A stretch of DNA of 64,000 nt from a virus, in IMG/VR virus record IMGVR_UViG_2772190613_000004; one strand, 5' to 3'. Positions 55,734 to 64,000 of this stretch are shown here, piece after piece. The notes beneath the pieces were generated by a model, which ran no database searches, was not told where the DNA came from, and saw only the letters and a program-made list of their open reading frames with translations. Positions within the stretch are counted from its first letter, which is position 1. Each line of letters opens with the position of its first letter. Made by a program: the position numbers and the translations under genes.

Positions 55734-56116
55734 TTCGACGCCTCCGCGAACTCCGGGTGCTTGTTGGCCATGTGCTGACCGAGATTCGCGAAAGACCGGT
55801 TGCAGCAGGGGCACACACCCTTGGCGATCCGGTTGCGCGTCTTGGTCAACTTGCCCTTCGTTACCGCGTGCGCCGCCTTCGCCGCGCGCAGATCCTCATC
55901 CCGGTTGGCCAACTGCCGCTCGAGCCGAGCCACTGCAGCCTTCGCCACCTCGGTCTCGTTTTTCTCGGGGTAGTAGCGGCTGTGGCCGTTCGGGCAGTAC
56001 CACGTCCGGTGGTCCCTCCTGCGCTCGCGGATGAAGTCATCGTTGAGCGCGAACGGCACACCGCATTCCCCGCAGTGGACGATGGAGTACGCCTCCACCA
56101 CGCTCAGGGCCGTCAC
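55730..56116 (-). CDS. Zn-finger coiled-coil protein
   Basis: CGECG, YCPNGH, CPCCNRSF..H..H. Confidence 0.8.
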   Translation of the reverse strand: MTALSVVEAYSIVHCGECGVPFALNDDFIRERRRDHRTWYCPNGHSRYYPEKNETEVAKAAVARLERQLANRDEDLRAAKAAHAVTKGKLTKTRNRIAKGVCPCCNRSFANLGQHMANKHPEFAEASK

Positions 56117-57111
56117 TGCTCCGGCCCGTCGAACAGCGAAATAACCGCGGCGGCTTCGTCGTACGTCACATCAGCCGTACGCCTAGCCTTCACCCCAGCC
56201 GCATCACCGAGGTAGGAAAACCACTCGTCGTCGGAGTCGTACTTCTCCGACTTCTGGATCTGCGCCAGCCTGGTGAGTTGCGCCTTCGTGGCCATGCGGA
56301 TCTGGGTCGGCTCGCCGTCAACCATCTGCGGGTCATCGGCGGGAGTCTCGGCCGACGCGGCGATCTCCGGCTGCCCGGACGGAACCACCTCGCCGTCGAT
56401 GAACTCCGTCTGCGCATCCACCAGTGGGCCCACATCGGTGCGGACCGTGCCGTCCAGCGACACAGCGCTATTGAACTCCGCCGACAACGGCAACCACTTC
56501 GACAACTGCCGCACCGCGGTCTTCTTGGCCATCGCTTCCCAGTCCGTCACCCACGGACCGTTATTCGCCGCCATCGACCGCCTGCGGATCGCCTCGACCT
56601 CGTTGACCGTCATCGTGACGAACGTGGTGGTCCCGTCCTTGAACTTCGCCACCGCGTACACGTCAGTCGGCTTGCCGCGGTTGTTGCGGTCGGCCGCTTC
56701 CTCATGCTCGATGTTGCGCTGCAGACCACGCGTGACCTTGAACTTGTCGTTGGCGTAGACGATTTCGGCGTAGATGTCGGACACCTGACCCGACTGGCGG
56801 GCCAGCTTGATCAAGCCCCGATAACCCGGGATGAACGTGCACGTCTGCTTGTACGGCACGAAATACGCCTCACCAGTCGGGCCCGGCTCCAACCCCAGCT
56901 GGCTGGCCGTGAGCAGCGCACCCAGGAACGACGCGGGCGAGCACTCCGCCAGCTTCGGTGTCGCCCGCACAACCGTGACGGCGATGCGCGCCATACGTTC
57001 GGGGGTGACGTGCCTCGGCAACGCCTTCGCCAACTCTGGCGTCATGTCGGTGATGAGCTTGGCGAGCGTCTTCTGCTGCGGTGTCTGGCGAACCACTTCG
57101 GCGCTTGTCAC
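56113..57111 (-). CDS. recT: RecT-like single-strand annealing protein
   Basis: LGLEP, AYFVPY, GYRG, MAKKT. Confidence 0.92.
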   Translation of the reverse strand: MTSAEVVRQTPQQKTLAKLITDMTPELAKALPRHVTPERMARIAVTVVRATPKLAECSPASFLGALLTASQLGLEPGPTGEAYFVPYKQTCTFIPGYRGLIKLARQSGQVSDIYAEIVYANDKFKVTRGLQRNIEHEEAADRNNRGKPTDVYAVAKFKDGTTTFVTMTVNEVEAIRRRSMAANNGPWVTDWEAMAKKTAVRQLSKWLPLSAEFNSAVSLDGTVRTDVGPLVDAQTEFIDGEVVPSGQPEIAASAETPADDPQMVDGEPTQIRMATKAQLTRLAQIQKSEKYDSDDEWFSYLGDAAGVKARRTADVTYDEAAAVISLFDGPEQ

Positions 57112-58025
57112 TGATAGATCCCTTCCAATTCGGCAATGAGGTGTTCTGCTTCTTGTTGCGTCACTGCGGCCTCGGCCTCACGGGCGGCCCAGCCGGGCAG
57201 GCTGATGGTCACGACGTCGTCGCTGTAGCCCGGCCACACACCGCGCTCCTGGCACTCGGCATAGAGGCGGATGGCCTCACGGTTGAGCCGCTGCCCCTCG
57301 GCGATGGCCTGGTCGTCGTACTCCACGACCGTCACGACGAACGGCGGTTCTTTCTCCACCACCACGAACCGGAACCGCGGGTTCTCCGCGATACCCAGCG
57401 CGATGACGAGATCCCGGTACCAGGCCGCCTGCATGAAGTAGCTGAGCGTCCAGAACTTCCGGACCAACTCGGCCGGGTTTGCGGTGGTGCTGGTCTTCAC
57501 GTCGTCGATGTCGCCGTTTGGTTCGAGCCAGTCGACCCGGCCCCGCTTCTGCACACCGGTCTCCGGATCGGTGTGGTAGAGGCTGACTTCGGCGTCACCG
57601 TCACGGAAGATCGGGCCGGCCGCCGGGTGCTGCAGCACGCTGGCGGCCAGCATTTCGGCTGCGCTGTGGTCACTCAGCGAGATCGGGACCTGGCCACGCT
57701 CGCGCGCCTCGGCGGCCGCGTTCCTCCACTTGGTGGTCGCCGTCGGTTTCTCCGACATCGTGCCGTCGGCTTTGAGCCCGTGCACCGCTGGATCCAGCAC
57801 CGCGAACTCGGCGCCCTTGCCGAGGATCAAATGGTGGGCGACGTGCCCGAAGTCCCATTCCTTCTTGGGTTTCCGCTCGTTGTCCATGGCCCACCGGAAT
57901 TTGGCCGGGCAGCTGGGCGGCAGCAGCAGCTTCGCGCCCGACACCGAGAGCGATCCACGGTCAGCGTGGTAGACCTCTTCCGGAACGACCCGGTGGAGAC
58001 CGTCTTTCATGGTCGCGGCGGTCAT
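57108..58025 (-). CDS. recE: RecE-like exonuclease
   Basis: YHAD..LSVSG, GRVD, DVKT, YFMQAAWY, EKEPP. Confidence 0.88.
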   Translation of the reverse strand: MTAATMKDGLHRVVPEEVYHADRGSLSVSGAKLLLPPSCPAKFRWAMDNERKPKKEWDFGHVAHHLILGKGAEFAVLDPAVHGLKADGTMSEKPTATTKWRNAAAEARERGQVPISLSDHSAAEMLAASVLQHPAAGPIFRDGDAEVSLYHTDPETGVQKRGRVDWLEPNGDIDDVKTSTTANPAELVRKFWTLSYFMQAAWYRDLVIALGIAENPRFRFVVVEKEPPFVVTVVEYDDQAIAEGQRLNREAIRLYAECQERGVWPGYSDDVVTISLPGWAAREAEAAVTQQEAEHLIAELEGIYQ

Positions 58026-58387
58026 CGGTAGTCGGCTCCCCCGTATCGCACGTCGTCCAGGTCGCCGCACATCCCGACCGACTGGCGGGTGCTGATCGCC
58101 GTTGTGGCGCGGTCCATCTCGGACAGCTGGTGGTTGGCCCTCGCCCACTCGTCGGACTCGAATTCGTACGCCATCACCGATTCACCCCTTGCTTGTTCTT
58201 CCGATTCGTCTGTCCACCACTCGTCGTTGGCCCATTCGTCGGGGTCCGGGTGGACACGGAAACCCCACGCCAATACCGATGCGGCGGAAAGGATCGCGGC
58301 CGTCACGAACAGCGGCAGACACACCGCCAGCCCGATGTAGGCCAGCGCGCCGAAGACCCAAGCGGCGAGCCACAACGCGCGCGTCAC
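58022..58387 (-). CDS. membrane protein with acidic tail
   Basis: Two TM helices; coupled at both ends. Confidence 0.65.
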   Translation of the reverse strand: MTRALWLAAWVFGALAYIGLAVCLPLFVTAAILSAASVLAWGFRVHPDPDEWANDEWWTDESEEQARGESVMAYEFESDEWARANHQLSEMDRATTAISTRQSVGMCGDLDDVRYGGADYR

Positions 58388-58662
58388 GACGCCACCGCCG
58401 ACATGTGCCGCCCCACGCGCGACTCCGTGATGGCCTCCACGCGCTCCTGCAGCGCAACCGTGCCCTCATCGGGATTTACGAAAGCCGCGAGCGCCATGGT
58501 GATCTGGGCGTATTTCGCCGGATAGCGTTGCGCCAACAACCGCAACTCCTCGAACAGCCGACGAGGGTCGTCGTCGCGGATCTTCACCGCCAACCCCAGC
58601 GCCACCTCGGCGACGCGATCGAGGTTCGAGTCCAGCGTCTGGTCAACCACCGGCGGCTTCAC
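58384..58662 (-). CDS. hypothetical protein
   Basis: Coupled. Confidence 0.7.
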   Translation of the reverse strand: MKPPVVDQTLDSNLDRVAEVALGLAVKIRDDDPRRLFEELRLLAQRYPAKYAQITMALAAFVNPDEGTVALQERVEAITESRVGRHMSAVAS

Positions 58663-58913
58663 TGCGCACCGCCTGGTCTGAGCGACCTGAGAACGAAGGC
58701 CAGGTTTCGTCTGAACTCGTCGTACGCCTGCTCCTCCCGGATCTCGGTCTGCAGGTCGGTGACTCGTCGGCTGAACCTATTGGCGCGGTGCCTGCCCCGG
58801 TATCGGCGGCCACGCGTCGCGGCAGGGACCGCTGCGACCGGCTCGTGCAGCGCGGCGGCCGCAACGGTGGCGTCGAAATCGGCCGGCGTCCACACCGGTT
58901 GCAGTGCCGTCAT
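58659..58913 (-). CDS. hypothetical protein
   Basis: Coupled; YRGRHR. Confidence 0.65.
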   Translation of the reverse strand: MTALQPVWTPADFDATVAAAALHEPVAAVPAATRGRRYRGRHRANRFSRRVTDLQTEIREEQAYDEFRRNLAFVLRSLRPGGAQ

Positions 58914-59296
58914 CGGATGACCACCGATCCGGTTGGCAGCCAACCAGGTTCATCCGGTAGGACCGTGGCGTCGGTGACCGCGTACTCCTCGTAGCGTGCG
59001 ACGCTGTCACCGACCGGGTAGCCACCCGAGCAGGACCACCGGTAGCACGACACCGGCACGTAATGCGCCGGCGTCCAATACTGCCGGGTGCGCCACCAGC
59101 TGCCGTCCGCGTTGCGGGGCGAGTCGCAGATGGTGCGTTTCTGCCCCCAGGCAAGCAGGCCCGGCGCGGCGATCGTCTCGCAACCCACGTTCGGCGAGGC
59201 CTTCGCTGTGCCTGCGGCCCACAGGGTTCCGACGCCGGCGAGGATCGCGCCGTAGACGATGAGCGCCAGGCCTCGGCGCACTGCTCGCGCCGTCAC
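58910..59296 (-). CDS. secreted CDGP-motif protein
   Basis: Signal peptide; GCET..ICDSPRNADGSWWR. Confidence 0.8.
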   Translation of the reverse strand: MTARAVRRGLALIVYGAILAGVGTLWAAGTAKASPNVGCETIAAPGLLAWGQKRTICDSPRNADGSWWRTRQYWTPAHYVPVSCYRWSCSGGYPVGDSVARYEEYAVTDATVLPDEPGWLPTGSVVIR

Positions 59297-59574
59297 GCCG
59301 ACACCGCCGCATTCTCACGGGCCTCGACGAGACGCGCCACCAGGGCAGCGTGAAAATCCAAGACCTGTAACGCCGCTGCCCGGTCCTCGGCGAGAAAGTC
59401 AGCGCTGCCAGCGTTCTCGTCCCAGACGATCACGAGCCAGCGTTCGCCGGACGGGTGCGGCATCGCCACACCGACCTGCCTCGGCACCTCGGGCCACTCC
59501 GGGCGCTCGACGGTGGCGACCAACGCGCCGTCCTCGCGCTCGTTGATCTGATAGGTAGACTCTGCGGTTGGCAC
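59293..59574 (-). CDS. hypothetical protein
   Basis: GAAAGGA RBS with GTG start. Confidence 0.7.
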   Translation of the reverse strand: MPTAESTYQINEREDGALVATVERPEWPEVPRQVGVAMPHPSGERWLVIVWDENAGSADFLAEDRAAALQVLDFHAALVARLVEARENAAVSA

Positions 59575-59640
59575 TGGCGTTCCTTTCGATGGGGTGTTGC
59601 TGGTGTCGTGGGCTCCGAGCTGGTGACGCAGCACGGGGCC

Positions 59641-60375
59641 CTACTTGCTTCGGAGAGCGATGGAGTGGTCGGCGAGAAGGCCACTGGCGATGAAGTCGGC
59701 GGCATCTTCGAAGTTCCCTGCGTGGGACATCCGGAACTCGCGAATCGACGCGGCGACGTGCGCGGCCAGGTCCTCGTGGGACACCGAGACAGGTGCGTTG
59801 GGCCACCGGACGATCGCCCGGTCGGGGTGCTTGTACGAGATGTGTTCTCCCGCATGCGCTGCGGGAAGCTCGCAGAAAATTGGGTTAGCAGGTCGAATCG
59901 GCAGAGCATCACCGGCGAGATAGACGCCGCACGGTGGCACATCCTCGGCCCGCCGGTCCCCCTGCTGCTGCCACCGCGACTCTGCCGAGCCCGTGTCCAG
60001 ATCAGCACCACCCGATCGACCACAACCATCGGCAGCAGCAGGGGAAGTAAATCCGTCGCGGACCGTCGCGCACCCCCAGGTGATCGGCGAATCGTCGTCG
60101 CTGTGGAACCAATACGTCGGGCCGTCGGGACCTTCGGGCTCGCTATAGATCTCGCGGCCGCACCCGCAGTACGACGGGCACTTGCAACCAGGGCAGTGCA
60201 CCTCGGCGTCGACCACATCGTCGGCGAACTCGTCTGGCACCATCGAGTCGGCCAGCCCGGCGGCGTCGAGATAGTCGCCGGCCTCACGCTCAGAGAAGCC
60301 CGCGCGACGTTCCTCGAGCGCCTGGTTGACCGCGTCGATGAAATCGGCTGCGCCACGCATCAGGTCGGTGATCAC
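59641..60375 (-). CDS. Cys-rich modular hypothetical protein
   Basis: Coupled; several C/H motifs. Confidence 0.65.
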   Translation of the reverse strand: MITDLMRGAADFIDAVNQALEERRAGFSEREAGDYLDAAGLADSMVPDEFADDVVDAEVHCPGCKCPSYCGCGREIYSEPEGPDGPTYWFHSDDDSPITWGCATVRDGFTSPAAADGCGRSGGADLDTGSAESRWQQQGDRRAEDVPPCGVYLAGDALPIRPANPIFCELPAAHAGEHISYKHPDRAIVRWPNAPVSVSHEDLAAHVAASIREFRMSHAGNFEDAADFIASGLLADHSIALRSK

Positions 60376-60785
60376 GGCGTCACCGCCGCACGGTCGCGAG
60401 ACGACGGCACGGGTTCCTTACCGAGGAAGTCCAGTCTCTCCCGCACCTCCTCCAGTTCGGCAGTCAGTTCGTCGACGCGGACCTGCAGCTCATCTCGCTC
60501 ATCGCGGACCTGCTCGCGGTCCCCTAGCAGTTCGGTGAACTCGCGTGCGATGGCGGCGTTCGCCTCGCACGCCGACCGGAGTAGCGGCCCGAAATTGTGA
60601 TGCTCGGCCAGAACCTCGTTGAGTTCCTCACGGGTGGCGTGCAACTCAGCGATCGCCGCGTCGTAGGTGGCCGGGATCGGCCAGTGCCTGGACGACATGT
60701 TGAGACGGCGGTGCGCCTCGCCGCCAGTGAACGGACGATTGTGCTCCGCGGCAGCGTCAGCCAGATCAGTGATGCAGGCGGTCAT
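60372..60785 (-). CDS. coiled-coil hypothetical protein
   Basis: ATGA overlap with xis. Confidence 0.7.
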   Translation of the reverse strand: MTACITDLADAAAEHNRPFTGGEAHRRLNMSSRHWPIPATYDAAIAELHATREELNEVLAEHHNFGPLLRSACEANAAIAREFTELLGDREQVRDERDELQVRVDELTAELEEVRERLDFLGKEPVPSSRDRAAVTP

Positions 60786-60985
60786 GCGGACACCTGGGTG
60801 TGCTCGGCGATGAACCGGTCGATCTCCGTCACGGGGACGAACCGTCGGCCCGCCACCTGTAGTGAGCCGAGCAGCCCGGTTTTGAACAGCTCGTACACCG
60901 TGGTTCGTCCGACGCGCAGCGCGGCGGCGGCCTCGGGGATGGTGAGCAGCTTCCTCAACGGGCTGCTCGGCTCTTCTTGTGGCAC
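60782..60985 (-). CDS. excisionase
   Basis: LLTIPEAAAALRVGRTTVYEL..GRRFV; GAAAGG RBS. Confidence 0.85.
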   Translation of the reverse strand: MPQEEPSSPLRKLLTIPEAAAALRVGRTTVYELFKTGLLGSLQVAGRRFVPVTEIDRFIAEHTQVSA

Positions 60986-61024
60986 AGACCTTTCCTTTCT
61001 GCTGATGTCGCCAGGTTTCGGCGG

Positions 61025-61342
61025 TCAGGCGGATTGACTGGTGACACATGCACCAGTTGTCACATCGGACGGCAAAGAATCCTCACGGGCCTCGAAGAGG
61101 TCCTCCCACGGCACGTCGAGCCGTGCAGCGAGAGCCAACGCCAGGTCCTCGCTGATGGCCCGCAGCTTCCCGGTTTCGATGAGGTAGATCGTCGACTGGG
61201 TACGCCGCACCAGGAACGCGAGCTCTCGCTGGGAGTAGTGACGTTGCTTGCGCCACCGGCGGATCCGGGCTCCGTCTATGACGTGCATCCACACGTCCTT
61301 TCTTCGCTGCGGGGGCTTACGCCGTTGTGATTTAGCCATCAT
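61025..61342 (-). CDS. Cro-like XRE HTH protein
   Basis: SQRELA..QSTIYLIETG..WEDLF; GGAGG RBS. Confidence 0.9.
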   Translation of the reverse strand: MMAKSQRRKPPQRRKDVWMHVIDGARIRRWRKQRHYSQRELAFLVRRTQSTIYLIETGKLRAISEDLALALAARLDVPWEDLFEAREDSLPSDVTTGACVTSQSA

Positions 61343-61512
61343 GGCCTCCAATCTTCGGGTTGACAAGTGAAGCGTGCACCAAGAACCATCTACTCGTCAA
61401 GATGACAACTGGATAGATTGCTGGTTGTCGCATCGCGGAGCGTGATTCACTTGTCACAAATTTCGTGCGCGTGTCTGGCACGACTGAACGAGAGAGGCAC
61501 ATCATTTCTGGC
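61343..61512. promoter_or_regulatory. lysis-lysogeny switch region
   Basis: Leftward TTGACG-N18-CACGCT; inverted TGACAAGTGAA at 61361 and 61446. Confidence 0.7.
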
Positions 61513-62367
61513 GTGACCGAGAAACACACGCTCCCCGAGCTCATCGAGCAGGCGAGCGGCAAGCACAACGGGGCGTCCGGTCGACGCCTCGCGGACATCG
61601 CAGCCGAAGCCGGTTTCGATGTGTCACACACCACCCTCAACCGAATCCGTAGCGGCACATACCAAGGAGTCCCAACACCCACAACGATCAAAGCCATCGC
61701 CTGGCTGGCCGGCATCACAGACGAGGAGGCGTTCGCCGCGGCCGGCCAGGGTGTCCCCGGCGCCCCGTTCGCCAGCGTCCTGCCACCAGGGGTCGACAAC
61801 CTCGGACCGAGCGAACGCCGCGCCGTCGTCGAGCTGCTCCGAGTGTTCACCCAGTACCACCAACGAGATTGGGATCGGTCGCAGCGCGAATGGGCCCGAA
61901 TCAGAGACCTGACGGCCAACGTCGCCGCGTCACTGCGGGCCGGCGCCGACCTTCACGAATGGGCAAAGGAGCAGCTGCCCGACGGCCAACAGGACGAGCT
62001 CGATCGGCTCATGCTCGCCGTCGCGCAACCACTGCTCCACATCGCCACCTGGTGGGGAGAGCACGCCCAAACGCTGGCCAAGGAACGCAACGCATCAATC
62101 GCCGCGCGCTCCGAGATCGACGAAATGTTCAACGCCGTTGCTGCAGTGCAGCACCTTCACAGAGGAGAACGCGATGACCTGGAAACTACGACGCAACCGG
62201 ATGCATCGGCGGAAGGCCAGCAAGGCCAGGAGGCCGGCGCAGACGATGCCGGCGAGGAGGCAGTCAGGACGTCAGGCCCTGAGCCGCCGCCTGGATCGCA
62301 CGAGCCCTCCGCGGCACGGACGGCTCGGGCGTTCCGACGGAAGGCTGCCAAGAAAGTCGGCGACTAG
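61513..62367 (+). CDS. immunity repressor
   Basis: SGRRLA..VSHTTLNRIRSG HTH, LPPGVDNL; divergent from cro. Confidence 0.85.
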   Translation: MTEKHTLPELIEQASGKHNGASGRRLADIAAEAGFDVSHTTLNRIRSGTYQGVPTPTTIKAIAWLAGITDEEAFAAAGQGVPGAPFASVLPPGVDNLGPSERRAVVELLRVFTQYHQRDWDRSQREWARIRDLTANVAASLRAGADLHEWAKEQLPDGQQDELDRLMLAVAQPLLHIATWWGEHAQTLAKERNASIAARSEIDEMFNAVAAVQHLHRGERDDLETTTQPDASAEGQQGQEAGADDAGEEAVRTSGPEPPPGSHEPSAARTARAFRRKAAKKVGD

Positions 62368-62454
62368 CCGGGCTTGCAACAATGTCCAGACCTCCGGCGG
62401 GTACGCCGCTAAGGCGTCCTGAATCTGGTCGTGAACCCGGTCTAGCTCGTCCAT
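62272..62454 (-). CDS. small protein convergent with the repressor
   Basis: GAGGGG RBS; AT-rich upstream region. Confidence 0.5.
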   Translation of the reverse strand: MDELDRVHDQIQDALAAYPPEVWTLLQARLVADFLGSLPSERPSRPCRGGLVRSRRRLRA

Positions 62455-62797
62455 TCCCCTCTAATCCCCTCGGCTGAAAAGTCCCTGTGAGACCACACAG
62501 TAGGTCCTTCCCCCGACAAGTTTTTGACGACCTAGCAAATTACATATGTGTTGTTCAAACAAGCGTTTGACCCCGTATCCCACCCGCGAAGAAACCCAGG
62601 TTAGCGACATCAGCAAAATCGCGGGGGGGGGCGTCCAGGCAATCTTTTTTCACCAGCTATCCGCAGATGCAGGGCGAAAATCGTCAGCTAACACCGGCTG
62701 CGGGTAACCCGGTTTCTCGCACCCAATGCCCACACAAACATGCGTTGCAGGGCAGGCCCCCAGCAATCATCACCTCGCCAGAAAGGGCGGCTTCACC

Positions 62798-64000
62798 ATG
62801 GCTGAACGACGGCAGCTTCCGCCGCAGATCAAACGCGTCGAACTTGCTGCGCGCCGCGGCGGCCGCCCCGTCGTGCGCTACCAGCTCACCGTCGACGTCG
62901 GCCAGGTCGACGGGAAACGCAAGCAGTTGCGGAAGCGGTACCGCACCGAGGCCGAAGCCCGGGACGCGCTCGACACGATCCGCGGCGACGTCGCCAAGGG
63001 CACCTATGTCCACCCAACCGAGCGCACCGTCAAGGCGGCCATCGATGACTGGCTCGCCGGGAAGCGTGCAGCAGACAGGGCAGAGTCCACCGTCGACGGG
63101 TACGCCGAGAAGTTCTCAGTGGTGATCGACCAGCTCGGCGATGTCCAGGTGCAGAAGCTGACGAAACGACATGTCGCCGACCTCGTCATCGCGCTGCGCG
63201 CCGGCGGGCTGCTCTCCCCCACGGGCAAGGCCCGCAAGCCGTGGTCGCCGCGCTCGGTCAACTACCTACTGGGAATCCTCGAAAGCGTTCTGGACAGCGA
63301 GGTCAAGCAGGGTCACGTGGTGCGCAACGTCGTCGCGCTCGTCGACCGCATCGACGGTGACGCGAAGCCACCAGACCCACTCACAGAGGCGGAAGTGGAA
63401 ACCCTGCTGGCGCACATCGAGGGTGACAGATACGCCATCGCATGGCACCTCGCGCTGGCCGGGCTGCGGCTCGGCGAGATCTGCGGGATGCGGTGGTCCG
63501 CCATAGATCTTGACGCGAAGACCATCACGGTTGAGAACACACGCCTACAGCGCGGCAAGAAACAGATCGAGAAGACGCCGAAGTCGCGCGCCGGGCGCCG
63601 CAAGTTGCCGTTGCCGGACCACCTCGTTGCGGTCCTCAAGGCCACCCGGAAGATCCAGGCGGCTGATCGGTTGAAGCTGGGCGAGGCGTACGAACCGAGC
63701 GGGTATGTCGTCGTCAACGAGGCTGGCGCGGCACTGACCCCGAACGCCGTCGAGGATCGTTGGCCCCGGGTCCTGAAAGCCGCCGGCCTGCGTCATCACC
63801 GCCTTCACGATGCCCGGCATACCTGCGGGACGCTGATGCATCTGAAAGGTGTTCCGATAGCGGTCATTTCAGCGTGGCTAGGTCACGCGTCGAAGGCGTT
63901 CACGCTGCAGACGTACGTGAATCCGAAGCCGGAAGCGCTGGCGGTGGCCGCGCAGAGTTTCGCGCAGGTTGTGACAATCCGTGACAAATCCGGATCCTAG
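62798..64000 (+). CDS. int: tyrosine integrase
   Basis: GLRLGE, PKS, HDARHT, LGH, TLQTY. Confidence 0.97.
   Translation: MAERRQLPPQIKRVELAARRGGRPVVRYQLTVDVGQVDGKRKQLRKRYRTEAEARDALDTIRGDVAKGTYVHPTERTVKAAIDDWLAGKRAADRAESTVDGYAEKFSVVIDQLGDVQVQKLTKRHVADLVIALRAGGLLSPTGKARKPWSPRSVNYLLGILESVLDSEVKQGHVVRNVVALVDRIDGDAKPPDPLTEAEVETLLAHIEGDRYAIAWHLALAGLRLGEICGMRWSAIDLDAKTITVENTRLQRGKKQIEKTPKSRAGRRKLPLPDHLVAVLKATRKIQAADRLKLGEAYEPSGYVVVNEAGAALTPNAVEDRWPRVLKAAGLRHHRLHDARHTCGTLMHLKGVPIAVISAWLGHASKAFTLQTYVNPKPEALAVAAQSFAQVVTIRDKSGS
63965..63989 (+). promoter_or_regulatory. putative arm-type sites inside the int 3' end
   Basis: GTGACAA x2, matching 505-530. Confidence 0.75.

Larger units (their letters stand above)
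349..64000. mobile_element. temperate siphoviral prophage integrated in tRNA-Tyr; structural module resembles cluster B-like mycobacteriophages
   Basis: att core, integrase, repressor/cro, replication, packaging, head, tail and lysis modules all present with no obvious disruption. Confidence 0.95.

Noticed and set aside
59430-60600. Alternative ORFs 59430-60356 and 59455-60600
   Set aside because: The coupled chain 60372/59641/59293 with RBS and overlaps explains the region
61365-61380. GGTGCACGCT as a 13th late promoter
   Set aside because: No -10 hexamer at the required spacing; CACGCT fits as the cro -10

Overview
Nearly the whole window (~349-64000) is one apparently intact ~63.7 kb temperate siphoviral prophage of a high-GC actinobacterium, most likely a mycobacterium (lysin A plus lysin B, WhiB, CDGP proteins). 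It is integrated in a tRNA-Tyr(GUA) gene: the displaced 3' half of the tRNA lies at 349-406, the tyrosine integrase ends at base 64000, and the other att junction is predicted just beyond the window. On the minus strand, from right to left, are: the immunity switch, xis, RecE/RecT, a clamp-like protein, RusA, a cytidine deaminase coupled to a C5 methyltransferase, many small early genes, WhiB, and a replication initiator with an internal origin. Next come TerS, a resolvase/res and toxin-antitoxin insert, TerL, portal, MuF-protease, two capsid proteins, holin, tail genes and the lysins. The main observations are: (1) 12 copies of an unusual fixed-spacing, mostly leaderless late-promoter motif; (2) tail chaperones G and GT apparently encoded as separate genes 16 kb apart instead of by frameshift; (3) an out-of-frame gene nested in the methyltransferase; (4) a serine resolvase with a res site inside the packaging module; (5) several micro-ORFs missed by the ORF track, including a 49-aa peptide with 10 Cys. 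All calls come from motif recognition by eye; no searches were run.
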